Positions 17,964 to 26,671 of a stretch of 48,218 bases of DNA are shown piece by piece. The notes below the pieces were generated by a model. The model worked only from the letters and a program-made list of their open reading frames with translations, was not told the DNA's origin and did not search any database. The DNA is from a virus. Taxonomy: Duplodnaviria > Caudoviricetes. A program made the position numbers and the translations under genes. The stretch covers positions 1 to 48,218 of the IMG/VR virus record IMGVR_UViG_3300029825_000013; one strand, written 5' to 3'. Position 1 is the stretch's first letter. Every line of letters begins with the position of its first letter.

Positions 17964-19151
17964 ATGGCTAATATAGGGAGTGGTTACGGTGGCGGTGGTG
18001 CTGGTGGTGGAGAAAGGACTTCAGATAACTTTACAACGTCGTCAGCAGGTGCAGACGGAAGAATTCAACTTTTCGCTATTGAAAAAAGAACGTCAACACC
18101 AAAAAATAATTTTAAGGTAAATGTAGGTGGCAATATATACAGGGTACAGAATATAGCCTATGGTATATACCCTTTTAGTGCACAGATTGGAAAACTATCG
18201 TTCAACACTTCAGCGGTAGTTAATCAAAGAAATAGATTCTATAGTTTTAAAGACTGGATAGACGGTTCTAGCAGTAATTTTACGAAGGACAGATTTATAA
18301 TTCGTACTTCAAGTAGTAGGATGAGCCCACCATACAGAGATATAACGGCAATAGCCAATTTTAAAGCAGGTATTGGTGTAACACAAACAAAAATTGTAAA
18401 TGACGGAATACCCTTGTCAGTTTTATACAATACAAGTGATGCAGCATTTACATACCAGTCAATTACTACCTTAGGGAACACGACAGGTATAGTTGATGGC
18501 CAAATAACACCAGACTACCCGTCAAATTATACTATATTTTATGGAGATGGTTACGATGTTTATGCAATCGTTCAAGCCGCAGGTGGCGGTGGCGGCGGGG
18601 CAGACAGTTCTTGGGGATTATTTAACTACGCCGCAGGTGGCGGTGGCGGTGGCGGTGGTGGTGCAGCATTTGTAAAAATAGTAATACCCTATGGAGGATA
18701 CTTATTGGCTTCTGTTGGTAGAGGTGGTGCTGGCGGTTCAAACGGGAACGGTGCAAGACCAGCAGGAACAAAGGGAGGTAACACTGTTTTATCAGCATAC
18801 AACAGCGGCGGTACTTTGATAGGTAGAATAACTTGTACAGGTGGTGGTGGTGGTGGTGGTGCTAATGGTGACTCTGCTGGTAGTGGTGGAGCAAGAGGAC
18901 AAACAAACACATCTGAAATCGGCAATGCAATAACAGTGATAGCAATAGTTGATGGCGGTCTAGGTGGTTCAGTAGGTACAGGGGGTGCAGTAGCGACATC
19001 GGGCACTTGGTCAACGACTTCAGTAACTGACGCATTTGATGCTACTATTGTGGCAAGCAACACATTTGGTTCAGGTGGAACAACAGGTTCACAAGACGAT
19101 AGAGGCGGCGGCGGTGGAGCAAGTTGGTTAGGTAATGGTGGTTACTATTAA
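17964..19151 (+). CDS. glycine-rich adhesin-like protein, apparently circularly permuted
   Basis: poly-Gly runs with AGGGGG/SVGRGGAGG/GGNT/GGGGGAS motifs of phage Gly-rich tip domains. Confidence 0.75.
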   Translation: MANIGSGYGGGGAGGGERTSDNFTTSSAGADGRIQLFAIEKRTSTPKNNFKVNVGGNIYRVQNIAYGIYPFSAQIGKLSFNTSAVVNQRNRFYSFKDWIDGSSSNFTKDRFIIRTSSSRMSPPYRDITAIANFKAGIGVTQTKIVNDGIPLSVLYNTSDAAFTYQSITTLGNTTGIVDGQITPDYPSNYTIFYGDGYDVYAIVQAAGGGGGGADSSWGLFNYAAGGGGGGGGGAAFVKIVIPYGGYLLASVGRGGAGGSNGNGARPAGTKGGNTVLSAYNSGGTLIGRITCTGGGGGGGANGDSAGSGGARGQTNTSEIGNAITVIAIVDGGLGGSVGTGGAVATSGTWSTTSVTDAFDATIVASNTFGSGGTTGSQDDRGGGGGASWLGNGGYY

Positions 19152-19168
19152 TTTTAAGGAGGTAACTT

Positions 19169-20908
19169 ATGAGTATAAAAGGTTTAGTACAAAGTGAAAG
19201 ACAGGCACAGGCATTAGATAGGAAATTAAAGTCACTTTTGGCACAACAACAAAAAGAACTCAAAGAAGAAATTGACAAAGTGGAATTTTTACTTTCAGAT
19301 AAGAAGCAGTTACTTTCTTGGAGAACTAGTACAGCAGAGGCGACAAGAATTCAAAAGATTTTACAAGGAATAGATGAAACAGAAGCATTGTATTTACAGG
19401 CAGGTGAAACAAGGGCGGCTCAAATATTCAAACAAAGAATGACAAAACAATTACAAACAAGGTTAACCAACTTAAAGGCTAATGAATTGGAAGTAACAAT
19501 TAGAGCAGAGAAGTACAGAGCAACAAGTAGACAAAACATTTTACAAGGAATGAATGACATAAGAAGAGAAGGTCAATTAACTGAAATGTATAACCAAGCA
19601 AGACAGTCAGGTGGTTTTCTTTCTAGTTTAGGTCGTCCATATATGAAAGATTTGATAACGCTTGAAACAAAATCAGCAGGTAGTAAAACACTTGGTGAGT
19701 ATATGGAAAACTTGTATAGAACTTACGAACAAGGTTTAAAGGACGTTTATGTAAGAGGTATAGTTCGCGGGGATAGTTATCAAACAATGATAAACAATTT
19801 ACAACGAACTACGAACATTACAGCAGGTAAAGCGAACTTACTCATAACAACAGAGGCGAATGCAATTTTTAATGAAAGTGTAAGGGAGATAATTGAAGAC
19901 AACCCACTTGTAAAAGGTTACAGGTTTAGAGCAGTACTTGACAGTAGAACAAGTAAGATATGTCAACAGCACGATGGTAATTACATACCAAAAGAAGATG
20001 TACAGCCAGGGGTTAACTACCCACCGTTACACCCACGATGCAGAAGTACGGTAACAACAGTTTTAATGAGTGAAAATGAACGGGAAGATACAACTCAACG
20101 TTATACTAAGAACGCAAGCAACCAATGGGAGAAAGTTCCACCGGGAATGACTTATCAAGAGTTTAAAGATAAGTTTGGTTACACTAACAGTAAGAACCCG
20201 AGAACCTACAACCCAGCGACAAGGAACATACACGATAATACTTTGGCAAGGATTACACCTAACTATTACAAGGGTTACGTTAAACCGTCAATAAGTTCTG
20301 TTGGGAGAATTGACAAGATGGTTGAAGCGTATATAAGTGGTGATAACTCATATTTAGAAGCAATAAAACAAAACACAGGTCATACAGACATTAAGAAAGC
20401 ACTGTTCAGGCAAGCACAGGCAGAAAGTGGTTTTGATGGTTTACCTTTACAGTTAGACGGTAAAAGTTTTGAAGAACAAGTTTCAAAAAATAATTACAGA
20501 ACAGTTTACAGACAATTTACAAAGCCAGAGGATTTAGAGGCATTTAAAACAGGTGACCAACCTTTTGGAAGAAGTACGGCTAACTACGGTGCAGGTACTT
20601 ATGTATTTAGTAACGAACCAAATAATGAGGATTACGGTAAAACAACGGTAATGGTGCTTAAAACACCCGAAAGCAAAATACTTAGATTTAGTGACATAAC
20701 CGACAGCCAAATTAGCATAGGGCAGGCAAGAACACCAGATGAAAGGATAAATAGAATACTTGCACAGGTTCCAGAAATACAAAGAAGGGATTTATTAAGT
20801 ACTTTGGCAGTAAAATATGGTTATGATGCTATGGAAGTAAGAAGTCAAATGAGAGGTAACTATTTAGTCGTTTTAAATAGAACGTCAGTAATAGTGAAAG
20901 GAGACTAG
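19169..20908 (+). CDS. minor head protein (MuF/SPP1 gp7) with C-terminal ADP-ribosyltransferase-like domain
   Basis: AVLDSRTSKIC and PPLHPRCRST MuF motifs; C-terminal YR...YGAGTY...GYDAM...YLVVLNR. Confidence 0.85.
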   Translation: MSIKGLVQSERQAQALDRKLKSLLAQQQKELKEEIDKVEFLLSDKKQLLSWRTSTAEATRIQKILQGIDETEALYLQAGETRAAQIFKQRMTKQLQTRLTNLKANELEVTIRAEKYRATSRQNILQGMNDIRREGQLTEMYNQARQSGGFLSSLGRPYMKDLITLETKSAGSKTLGEYMENLYRTYEQGLKDVYVRGIVRGDSYQTMINNLQRTTNITAGKANLLITTEANAIFNESVREIIEDNPLVKGYRFRAVLDSRTSKICQQHDGNYIPKEDVQPGVNYPPLHPRCRSTVTTVLMSENEREDTTQRYTKNASNQWEKVPPGMTYQEFKDKFGYTNSKNPRTYNPATRNIHDNTLARITPNYYKGYVKPSISSVGRIDKMVEAYISGDNSYLEAIKQNTGHTDIKKALFRQAQAESGFDGLPLQLDGKSFEEQVSKNNYRTVYRQFTKPEDLEAFKTGDQPFGRSTANYGAGTYVFSNEPNNEDYGKTTVMVLKTPESKILRFSDITDSQISIGQARTPDERINRILAQVPEIQRRDLLSTLAVKYGYDAMEVRSQMRGNYLVVLNRTSVIVKGD

Positions 20909-20909
20909 T

Positions 20910-21368
20910 ATGGAAATAAAGGTTAAAATAGACCCAGCGTCTTGGGCAGCATTTGAACAGTCTTTACAAAACAAATTACAGGTGGCGGCAGTTAAAGGTT
21001 GGGAAAAGGCAGTGGAACTAACACCAGCAGCAGGTGAAACAAAATATTCAACAGGTTTTATGAGACAGGCAATAAGAGTACAGAAAACAGGTGACTTTGA
21101 GTATACTATTTACAGTCCAGCAGCACACAGTGTATTTGTAGAGTTTGGTACAGGTCCAAAAGGTAAGGCAACGGGAGCGCTGACAGAGTTTCCAAACGAC
21201 CCACAACCAGGTATGAGTTATCACAGCGGGGAAGTAACGGTAACAAGGAGCGGAGGTAGGATACTTGATGTACCATACATTAGACATACACAAGGACAAG
21301 AAGCACAACCATTTTTAAGACCAGCATTATTAGAAGCAGTAAAAGTTTTAAAAGATTTGATGAGATAA
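20910..21368 (+). CDS. HK97 gp10-like morphogenesis protein
   Basis: FVEFGTG and AQPFLRPAL motifs. Confidence 0.8.
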   Translation: MEIKVKIDPASWAAFEQSLQNKLQVAAVKGWEKAVELTPAAGETKYSTGFMRQAIRVQKTGDFEYTIYSPAAHSVFVEFGTGPKGKATGALTEFPNDPQPGMSYHSGEVTVTRSGGRILDVPYIRHTQGQEAQPFLRPALLEAVKVLKDLMR

Positions 21369-21372
21369 TGTA

Positions 21373-21405
21373 AAAGTGGCAGAAAATATCATATAATATT
21401 ATGTA
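21373..21405 (+). promoter_or_regulatory. putative late promoter, copy 2
   Basis: AAAGTG-N4-AAAATATCATATAATATTATGTA upstream of the scaffold-capsid operon. Confidence 0.7.
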
Positions 21406-21420
21406 GACGAATATCGCTAC

Positions 21421-21448
21421 CACGCGGACACGACCGCGATACCAAGTG
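21421..21448 (+). promoter_or_regulatory. leader hairpin upstream of the scaffold gene
   Basis: CAC-GCGG-acacga-CCGC-...-GTG directly before AAGGAGG. Confidence 0.5.
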
Positions 21449-21460
21449 AAGGAGGATATT

Positions 21461-22027
21461 ATGGAAGACAATAAGACGCCGGTAGTTCCACAGGGGAACC
21501 CAGCATCAGCGCAGGGGGCAGCGACAGCACCAGACAACCAATCGCAACAGTTAATGGTTCCGAAATGGAGACTTGACGAAGCGATGACCCTTTACAGGGA
21601 GACAGAAGCAAAACTGTCAGCAACCAGCAAGCAACTTGAAGAGGCAAACAAGTACAAAGAACAAGTAGATACACTTACTACGGAAATTGAAACTTTAAAG
21701 GCAAGCCACGAAGCAGAAAAAATAACTGCAACACGTGATACATTGTTAGAGAAGACTTTAAAAGACAAAGTAGTGGATTTAGATGTTGTTAAGAAAATGC
21801 TTGACCTTGATAAGTTAACTGTGGAAGGTGAGGAAGTAAAAGGTTTGGATGAGCAGATTAAGGAGTTACAAGCAAGCAAAGCATTCTTATTTAAGAAAGC
21901 ACAGCAGATAGCACCTAAGTCAGCAACACCACCAAAACCGGCTGATAAATCATTCGCAAAACAGTTAGCAGAAAAGAAAGTTGCACAGGCTGACGTAGCA
22001 AACAAATCAGTAAATTATTTCAAATAA
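21461..22027 (+). CDS. capsid scaffolding protein (GP20-like)
   Basis: MVPKWRLDE, coiled coil, GLDEQIKELQ..K.FLF. Confidence 0.8.
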   Translation: MEDNKTPVVPQGNPASAQGAATAPDNQSQQLMVPKWRLDEAMTLYRETEAKLSATSKQLEEANKYKEQVDTLTTEIETLKASHEAEKITATRDTLLEKTLKDKVVDLDVVKKMLDLDKLTVEGEEVKGLDEQIKELQASKAFLFKKAQQIAPKSATPPKPADKSFAKQLAEKKVAQADVANKSVNYFK

Positions 22028-22051
22028 AAAATAAAAGAAGGAGAACAAAAA

Positions 22052-22876
22052 ATGTTTAAGACATTTGGAACAACAAAAGAAGTTTTTGCTAACCAGGATG
22101 AAGGCTTATTTGCAGCATTTCCTATTACGTTAGACGAGAATGTTTTAACTCTTGAAACTATTACAGAAGGTGGAAGAACCTATGTATTAGAAGGTTCAGT
22201 TGTTAAAGAAGGTTCGGTAGTTCGTGGTATCACAGCAGAAAGATATGATATTACTTACGGACCAAAACCAGGTAGAGTTGTACTTGAAGGTTATGCGTGG
22301 GCATCAGCATTGACACCGAACGCATTAGATGCAGTATCAAGTTTACCAAAAATTGTTATTTTACCATATAAAGCAGTGGTAGTAGCAGTAGATTCAGTTG
22401 ATGGCTTGAAAGCAGTTATCAAAATTGAAGGTGCTAAGTTTGCAACAGATGCTGAGATTTCAGACATCACAGTAAGCGGGGCAACAATAAGCGCTTTAAC
22501 AGTGTCGGAAGACCAAAATTACCTTGAATTACTATTTAGCGGTGAATCAGCAGCGATTACAATTACAGCAATTGATGCAGGTGCATTTGTAGGGGCAAGT
22601 GGTTCAACTTTAAAAGGTTTACCATTTAACTTTGCAGTAGTTAAAGGTGATTTACACACAGTGACAGTTACCGCAGGTGCAAACGGTGCAGCAGTAACTG
22701 ATAAGGCAAGTGCAGCAGAAGGTGAAATTGTAACTATTACAGGAACACCAGAAAGCGGATATGTAGTGGACAAAGTAAAAGTGGATGGAACAGATATAGC
22801 AGCAGTGGGAGGTCTTTACAAGTTTGTAATGCCAGCACACGCTGTGGCAGTGGCTGTTACATTTAAAGCGGAATAG
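22052..22876 (+). CDS. head decoration protein with C-terminal Ig-like/B-repeat domain
   Basis: between scaffold and capsid; C-terminal GEIVTIT.TPESGY...Y.F.MPA..V.V.VTF. Confidence 0.7.
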   Translation: MFKTFGTTKEVFANQDEGLFAAFPITLDENVLTLETITEGGRTYVLEGSVVKEGSVVRGITAERYDITYGPKPGRVVLEGYAWASALTPNALDAVSSLPKIVILPYKAVVVAVDSVDGLKAVIKIEGAKFATDAEISDITVSGATISALTVSEDQNYLELLFSGESAAITITAIDAGAFVGASGSTLKGLPFNFAVVKGDLHTVTVTAGANGAAVTDKASAAEGEIVTITGTPESGYVVDKVKVDGTDIAAVGGLYKFVMPAHAVAVAVTFKAE

Positions 22877-22889
22877 GGGGTAAAGAACT

Positions 22890-23960
22890 ATGGCAGACAT
22901 ATTTGATTTAGTAGACGCTAAAGCGATTGGCGAATACGTAGAAACACTTGCAGGTAGTGAAGACCCATTCTTGGGAGCAACTATATTTCCTAGCAAGAAA
23001 ATTATGGGATTGGACTTAAAGTTCGTTAAAGGTTACAAACAAAATGCAGTAGCATTAAGACCTAGTGCGTTAGGTTCAAGAGCACTAGTTAGAGACAGAA
23101 TTGGCGGGGCTACCATTCAAGAAGAATTACCGTTCTTCCGTGAAAAAATGATAATTCCAGAAAAACTACGTCAAGAACTAGCAAGAGCAAAACAAGACGC
23201 AACAGACCCATACACAGCATCAATTATTGAACAAATCTTTGATGATGCAAAAACTCTTACAGATGGTGCAAACGTTCAACCAGAACGTCAAAGAATGCAA
23301 TTACTATTTACTGGTAAAATTGCAATTCAAGCATCTGATAAAGACGGTAAACAACCAAAGTTTGACTACGACTATGACGTAGACGGCAAATGGGCAAAAA
23401 ACAATGTTATTACTTTAAGCGGTAACAACAAGTGGACTGACCACGAAAACAGTAACCCAATTTTAGACATTATGGAACTAGTGGATAACGCTAGCAACAT
23501 TGGTGTTAAACTTACAAAGGCAATTATTTCGCCTAAGACTTCAAGAGACTTGATTCAGAATAAAAATGTTAAAGCATTGTTTAAACTGGCTGACGGTACT
23601 CAAAAAGTATTTAGCAGGGCAGACGCTTTAAGAGAAATTGCTAATGTAACTGGTGTTACAATTGCGGTATATAACAAATCATTTACCGACGAAAATGGTA
23701 AAGATAAGTTCTATGCACCAGACAATGCGATTGTATTTATTCCAGATGGTACACTAGGTAGCACAGTTTACGGTACTACACCAGAAGAAATTGACTTAAT
23801 GTCAGGTTACGGCAACGCTTCTACAAGCATTGTTAACACCGGTGTAGCGGTAACTACTCATAAGACTTACGGACCACCAGTAACAGTTGAAACCATTGTT
23901 TCCGAACTTGTATTACCAAGTTTTGAAAGAATGGCAGAAGTATTTGTTATTAACTACTAA
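22890..23960 (+). CDS. major capsid protein (capsid E family)
   Basis: 356 aa; LPFFRE, E.QRMQLL.TGK, YGTTPEE, LVLPSF motifs. Confidence 0.9.
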   Translation: MADIFDLVDAKAIGEYVETLAGSEDPFLGATIFPSKKIMGLDLKFVKGYKQNAVALRPSALGSRALVRDRIGGATIQEELPFFREKMIIPEKLRQELARAKQDATDPYTASIIEQIFDDAKTLTDGANVQPERQRMQLLFTGKIAIQASDKDGKQPKFDYDYDVDGKWAKNNVITLSGNNKWTDHENSNPILDIMELVDNASNIGVKLTKAIISPKTSRDLIQNKNVKALFKLADGTQKVFSRADALREIANVTGVTIAVYNKSFTDENGKDKFYAPDNAIVFIPDGTLGSTVYGTTPEEIDLMSGYGNASTSIVNTGVAVTTHKTYGPPVTVETIVSELVLPSFERMAEVFVINY

Positions 23961-23978
23961 AATATGGAGGGAGATAAA

Positions 23979-24413
23979 ATGACAGACATTGAATTAGTTA
24001 GAACCATAACTGGCAATAATGAGGTTGATGATGCTTTTATCTCTTTTTACTTACAAAGCAGTGAGGATTTCATTAAAGCATACTGCAACATTGACACTAT
24101 ACCGGCTGGGTTGAAGACTACATACATACAAATAGCAGCATTAAAACTGAATGCGAATGTAAGCGGTAATACAGCCAGCCTTGGTACAGGTGTTAAGTCG
24201 GTAGGTTCTATAACGGACGGTAATCAGTCCATAAGTTATGCAAGTGGTTCGTCAAGTAAAACATTTACAAGTGATGAAGACTTTGTCGCATCTTTTGGAA
24301 GTATACTTAATAGGTATAGAAAGATGACTGGACCGAAGATGGAACCATTAAGAACAGCAGGTTCACGATGCTTGCACACAGAACACCCACACCCAAATAA
24401 AGCGAGGTGGTAG
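23979..24413 (+). CDS. head-tail connector (adaptor)
   Basis: YCN...IP..L, SITDG.QSISY, LNRYRK; position after the capsid gene. Confidence 0.75.
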   Translation: MTDIELVRTITGNNEVDDAFISFYLQSSEDFIKAYCNIDTIPAGLKTTYIQIAALKLNANVSGNTASLGTGVKSVGSITDGNQSISYASGSSSKTFTSDEDFVASFGSILNRYRKMTGPKMEPLRTAGSRCLHTEHPHPNKARW

Positions 24414-24781
24414 ATATGTGGAAACAAGCAGAGAAGGCAGTAGCAGAAACTTTCTTTAAGGATACCATAGCACTATATTTGAACGATTTCATTGAAAATG
24501 ATATTGGAGAAACAATAGAGCAGCCGGTATTACTGGCACAGTACATTTGTAACATTGAAAATGGGGCAAGTACAACACAGAGCACGGTAAGTGGTCAGTC
24601 AACACCACAAACATTAAGAATTAGCACTTTAAAAGACATTGGTTTGGATTACTCACAAACTTATAAAGTTAAGATAATTCAAGCAAGAATAGTTCATTCA
24701 GATGAATATTGGAAAGTAGACGGATGGATTGAAGGTCAAATAAGCACTGTAATTAATGTATCACGTGAGGTGTCAGTATGA
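24407..24781 (+). CDS. putative head-closure protein
   Basis: size, beta-rich pattern and position. Confidence 0.55.
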   Translation: MVDMWKQAEKAVAETFFKDTIALYLNDFIENDIGETIEQPVLLAQYICNIENGASTTQSTVSGQSTPQTLRISTLKDIGLDYSQTYKVKIIQARIVHSDEYWKVDGWIEGQISTVINVSREVSV

Positions 24782-26361
24782 GAACTATAAGGGAAAAAAC
24801 ACAGGTTGTAAGGCAGTTTCTACAAGAAGCCCAGCCACTGCCAGTAAAGTACGCTTATAGTAAAGAGAAAGTAAAGGGTGAGGACTTCATATCATATAGA
24901 CATTATGGTAGCCCAGTATTTAGTAGAGGTTTAGGTAATCGCATCATAAGCGAACGAGCAGCCTACATTGTAACAGTACAAACAGGAACAGCACGAGAAA
25001 ACTTAATTTACAGTGAGATGATTAAGTTAGCCACAAATGGCACGGCAATTGAATTTATATCAGAAAGCCGTACAACAACACCAACGGTAAAAGGGAAGCA
25101 TATTAACAATATACTTTTATACTTTTACAATATGGTAGACTTGATGCTTAACACTACACCCGTAGTGATGGCGGAAGAGGAAAAGAACACGGTAGAGAAA
25201 TCACAGTTGATGAAACAATTTCTTGAAATAGCCCAACCTTTAAAGGTCAAGTACGGATATGATAGTTCAATTCAGGCAGAACCAAATGTAGTAGCATATC
25301 AGAACATAGGCAGTGGTATGGTAACAAAGGGCATTGGAAATCAACTCATAAGTGAAGACATCACATTTGTAGTAACAGTTCAAACGGCAACAGCCAGGGA
25401 GAATATGATTTACAGTGAGATGATAAAACTAGCAACCGAGCGGTCACAGGTAAGATTTATATCGGAAGACAAACAGCACAATACGGAAGTTAAAGGGTCA
25501 TACACTAACAACATTATTTTACGTATGTTTGGAAAGGTAAGCCCGGAAAGTTTAACTTACAGCGCAAAAGATATAAGTCAAGCATTGCAAGCAATTGCAA
25601 GCAGATATGCAAAAGTAATGGAACACTACGGAATAGACATTAAAGGCATTTTAGTAAGCGCAAAGGATGTTCAACCGGAAGAAGGAATTTACAATACGGA
25701 AACACTAATTGAAATAAAAAGAAACTTTTTAGATAGTTTAGTAAGTCCGGAAGAACTGGTAAGTATACACTCAATGAAAAACCCAGTCCAAAAGTCAATG
25801 TTAGTTAAACAATTTCTTGAAATGGTTCAACCGTTGGCAGTAAAATATGGATATGTAAGAGGCATCACAAGAGAGACTAATTTCATAACCTATCAGGATT
25901 TAGGAATTGATAACATACGAACCGGTATTGGAAATACTCTTATAAGTGATACAACAACTTTTGTAATAACTGTACAGACTATGACAGCCGAACAGAATAT
26001 GTTTTTCAGCGAAATGATTAAGTTAGGTACACAAGGTACAGAAATACAACTTATATCAGAAGGGCTGAGAGAGGACACAACAGTACAAAGTGGCTATATA
26101 AATACTTTAATTGTCAATGTATTCAACACATTGGAAGCACACAAGACAATTTATACAGCCAGTGAAGTAAGGGATATTCTACAAAAAGTAGCGGATAATT
26201 ATATTTTTATAACTAGTATTTACCGATGGACTTTAGCACAAAGTTTTATAGACAAACTTATAGTACCAGAGTTAGAGGACAGATTATACAGTTATGAAGA
26301 GATGTTGGCTATGAAACAAGAGTATCTAGACAGATTATTACTAACTGTCACAAAATATTAA
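24778..26361 (+). CDS. internally triplicated protein, putative tail completion/terminator
   Basis: three ~120-aa repeats; position between head closure and tail tube. Confidence 0.55.
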   Translation: MRTIREKTQVVRQFLQEAQPLPVKYAYSKEKVKGEDFISYRHYGSPVFSRGLGNRIISERAAYIVTVQTGTARENLIYSEMIKLATNGTAIEFISESRTTTPTVKGKHINNILLYFYNMVDLMLNTTPVVMAEEEKNTVEKSQLMKQFLEIAQPLKVKYGYDSSIQAEPNVVAYQNIGSGMVTKGIGNQLISEDITFVVTVQTATARENMIYSEMIKLATERSQVRFISEDKQHNTEVKGSYTNNIILRMFGKVSPESLTYSAKDISQALQAIASRYAKVMEHYGIDIKGILVSAKDVQPEEGIYNTETLIEIKRNFLDSLVSPEELVSIHSMKNPVQKSMLVKQFLEMVQPLAVKYGYVRGITRETNFITYQDLGIDNIRTGIGNTLISDTTTFVITVQTMTAEQNMFFSEMIKLGTQGTEIQLISEGLREDTTVQSGYINTLIVNVFNTLEAHKTIYTASEVRDILQKVADNYIFITSIYRWTLAQSFIDKLIVPELEDRLYSYEEMLAMKQEYLDRLLLTVTKY

Positions 26362-26377
26362 AATAAGGAGAAAAGTT

Positions 26378-26671
26378 ATGAACAAGGTAAAAGAACTTTT
26401 ACAAAGAATGGACGCAGAGATTCTAGATAAAGTAAACGCAATTGTTCTTGAAAGAGATTTGGAAATCAAATCAAAAGCACAAGAAGCCTTTGACAACGCA
26501 GTAGAACTAGAAGTAGCAGCGATTAAAGCGGAAGTTGAAAAGGGTTATGCAACTGCAAGAGAGTACTTGCTAGAATTACTTGAGGACGAACCAGTAGCAG
26601 AATCGGTTGAACCAGTTTTGGATGAAACTTTAGTTCAAGACGAACCAGTAAGCGGACCGGAGGTGCTATAA
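26378..26671 (+). CDS. acidic helical hypothetical protein
   Basis: 97 aa, AAGGAG RBS. Confidence 0.7.
   Translation: MNKVKELLQRMDAEILDKVNAIVLERDLEIKSKAQEAFDNAVELEVAAIKAEVEKGYATAREYLLELLEDEPVAESVEPVLDETLVQDEPVSGPEVL

Noticed and set aside
18580-18862. GGT/GGC tandem repeats as phase-variable tracts
   Set aside because: Trinucleotide repeats encoding poly-Gly; slippage would keep the frame and they are explained by the protein.
14505-19151. Diversity-generating retroelement or invertible fibre cassette
   Set aside because: No reverse transcriptase, no TR/VR duplicate, no invertase and no opposite-strand fibre fragments seen.
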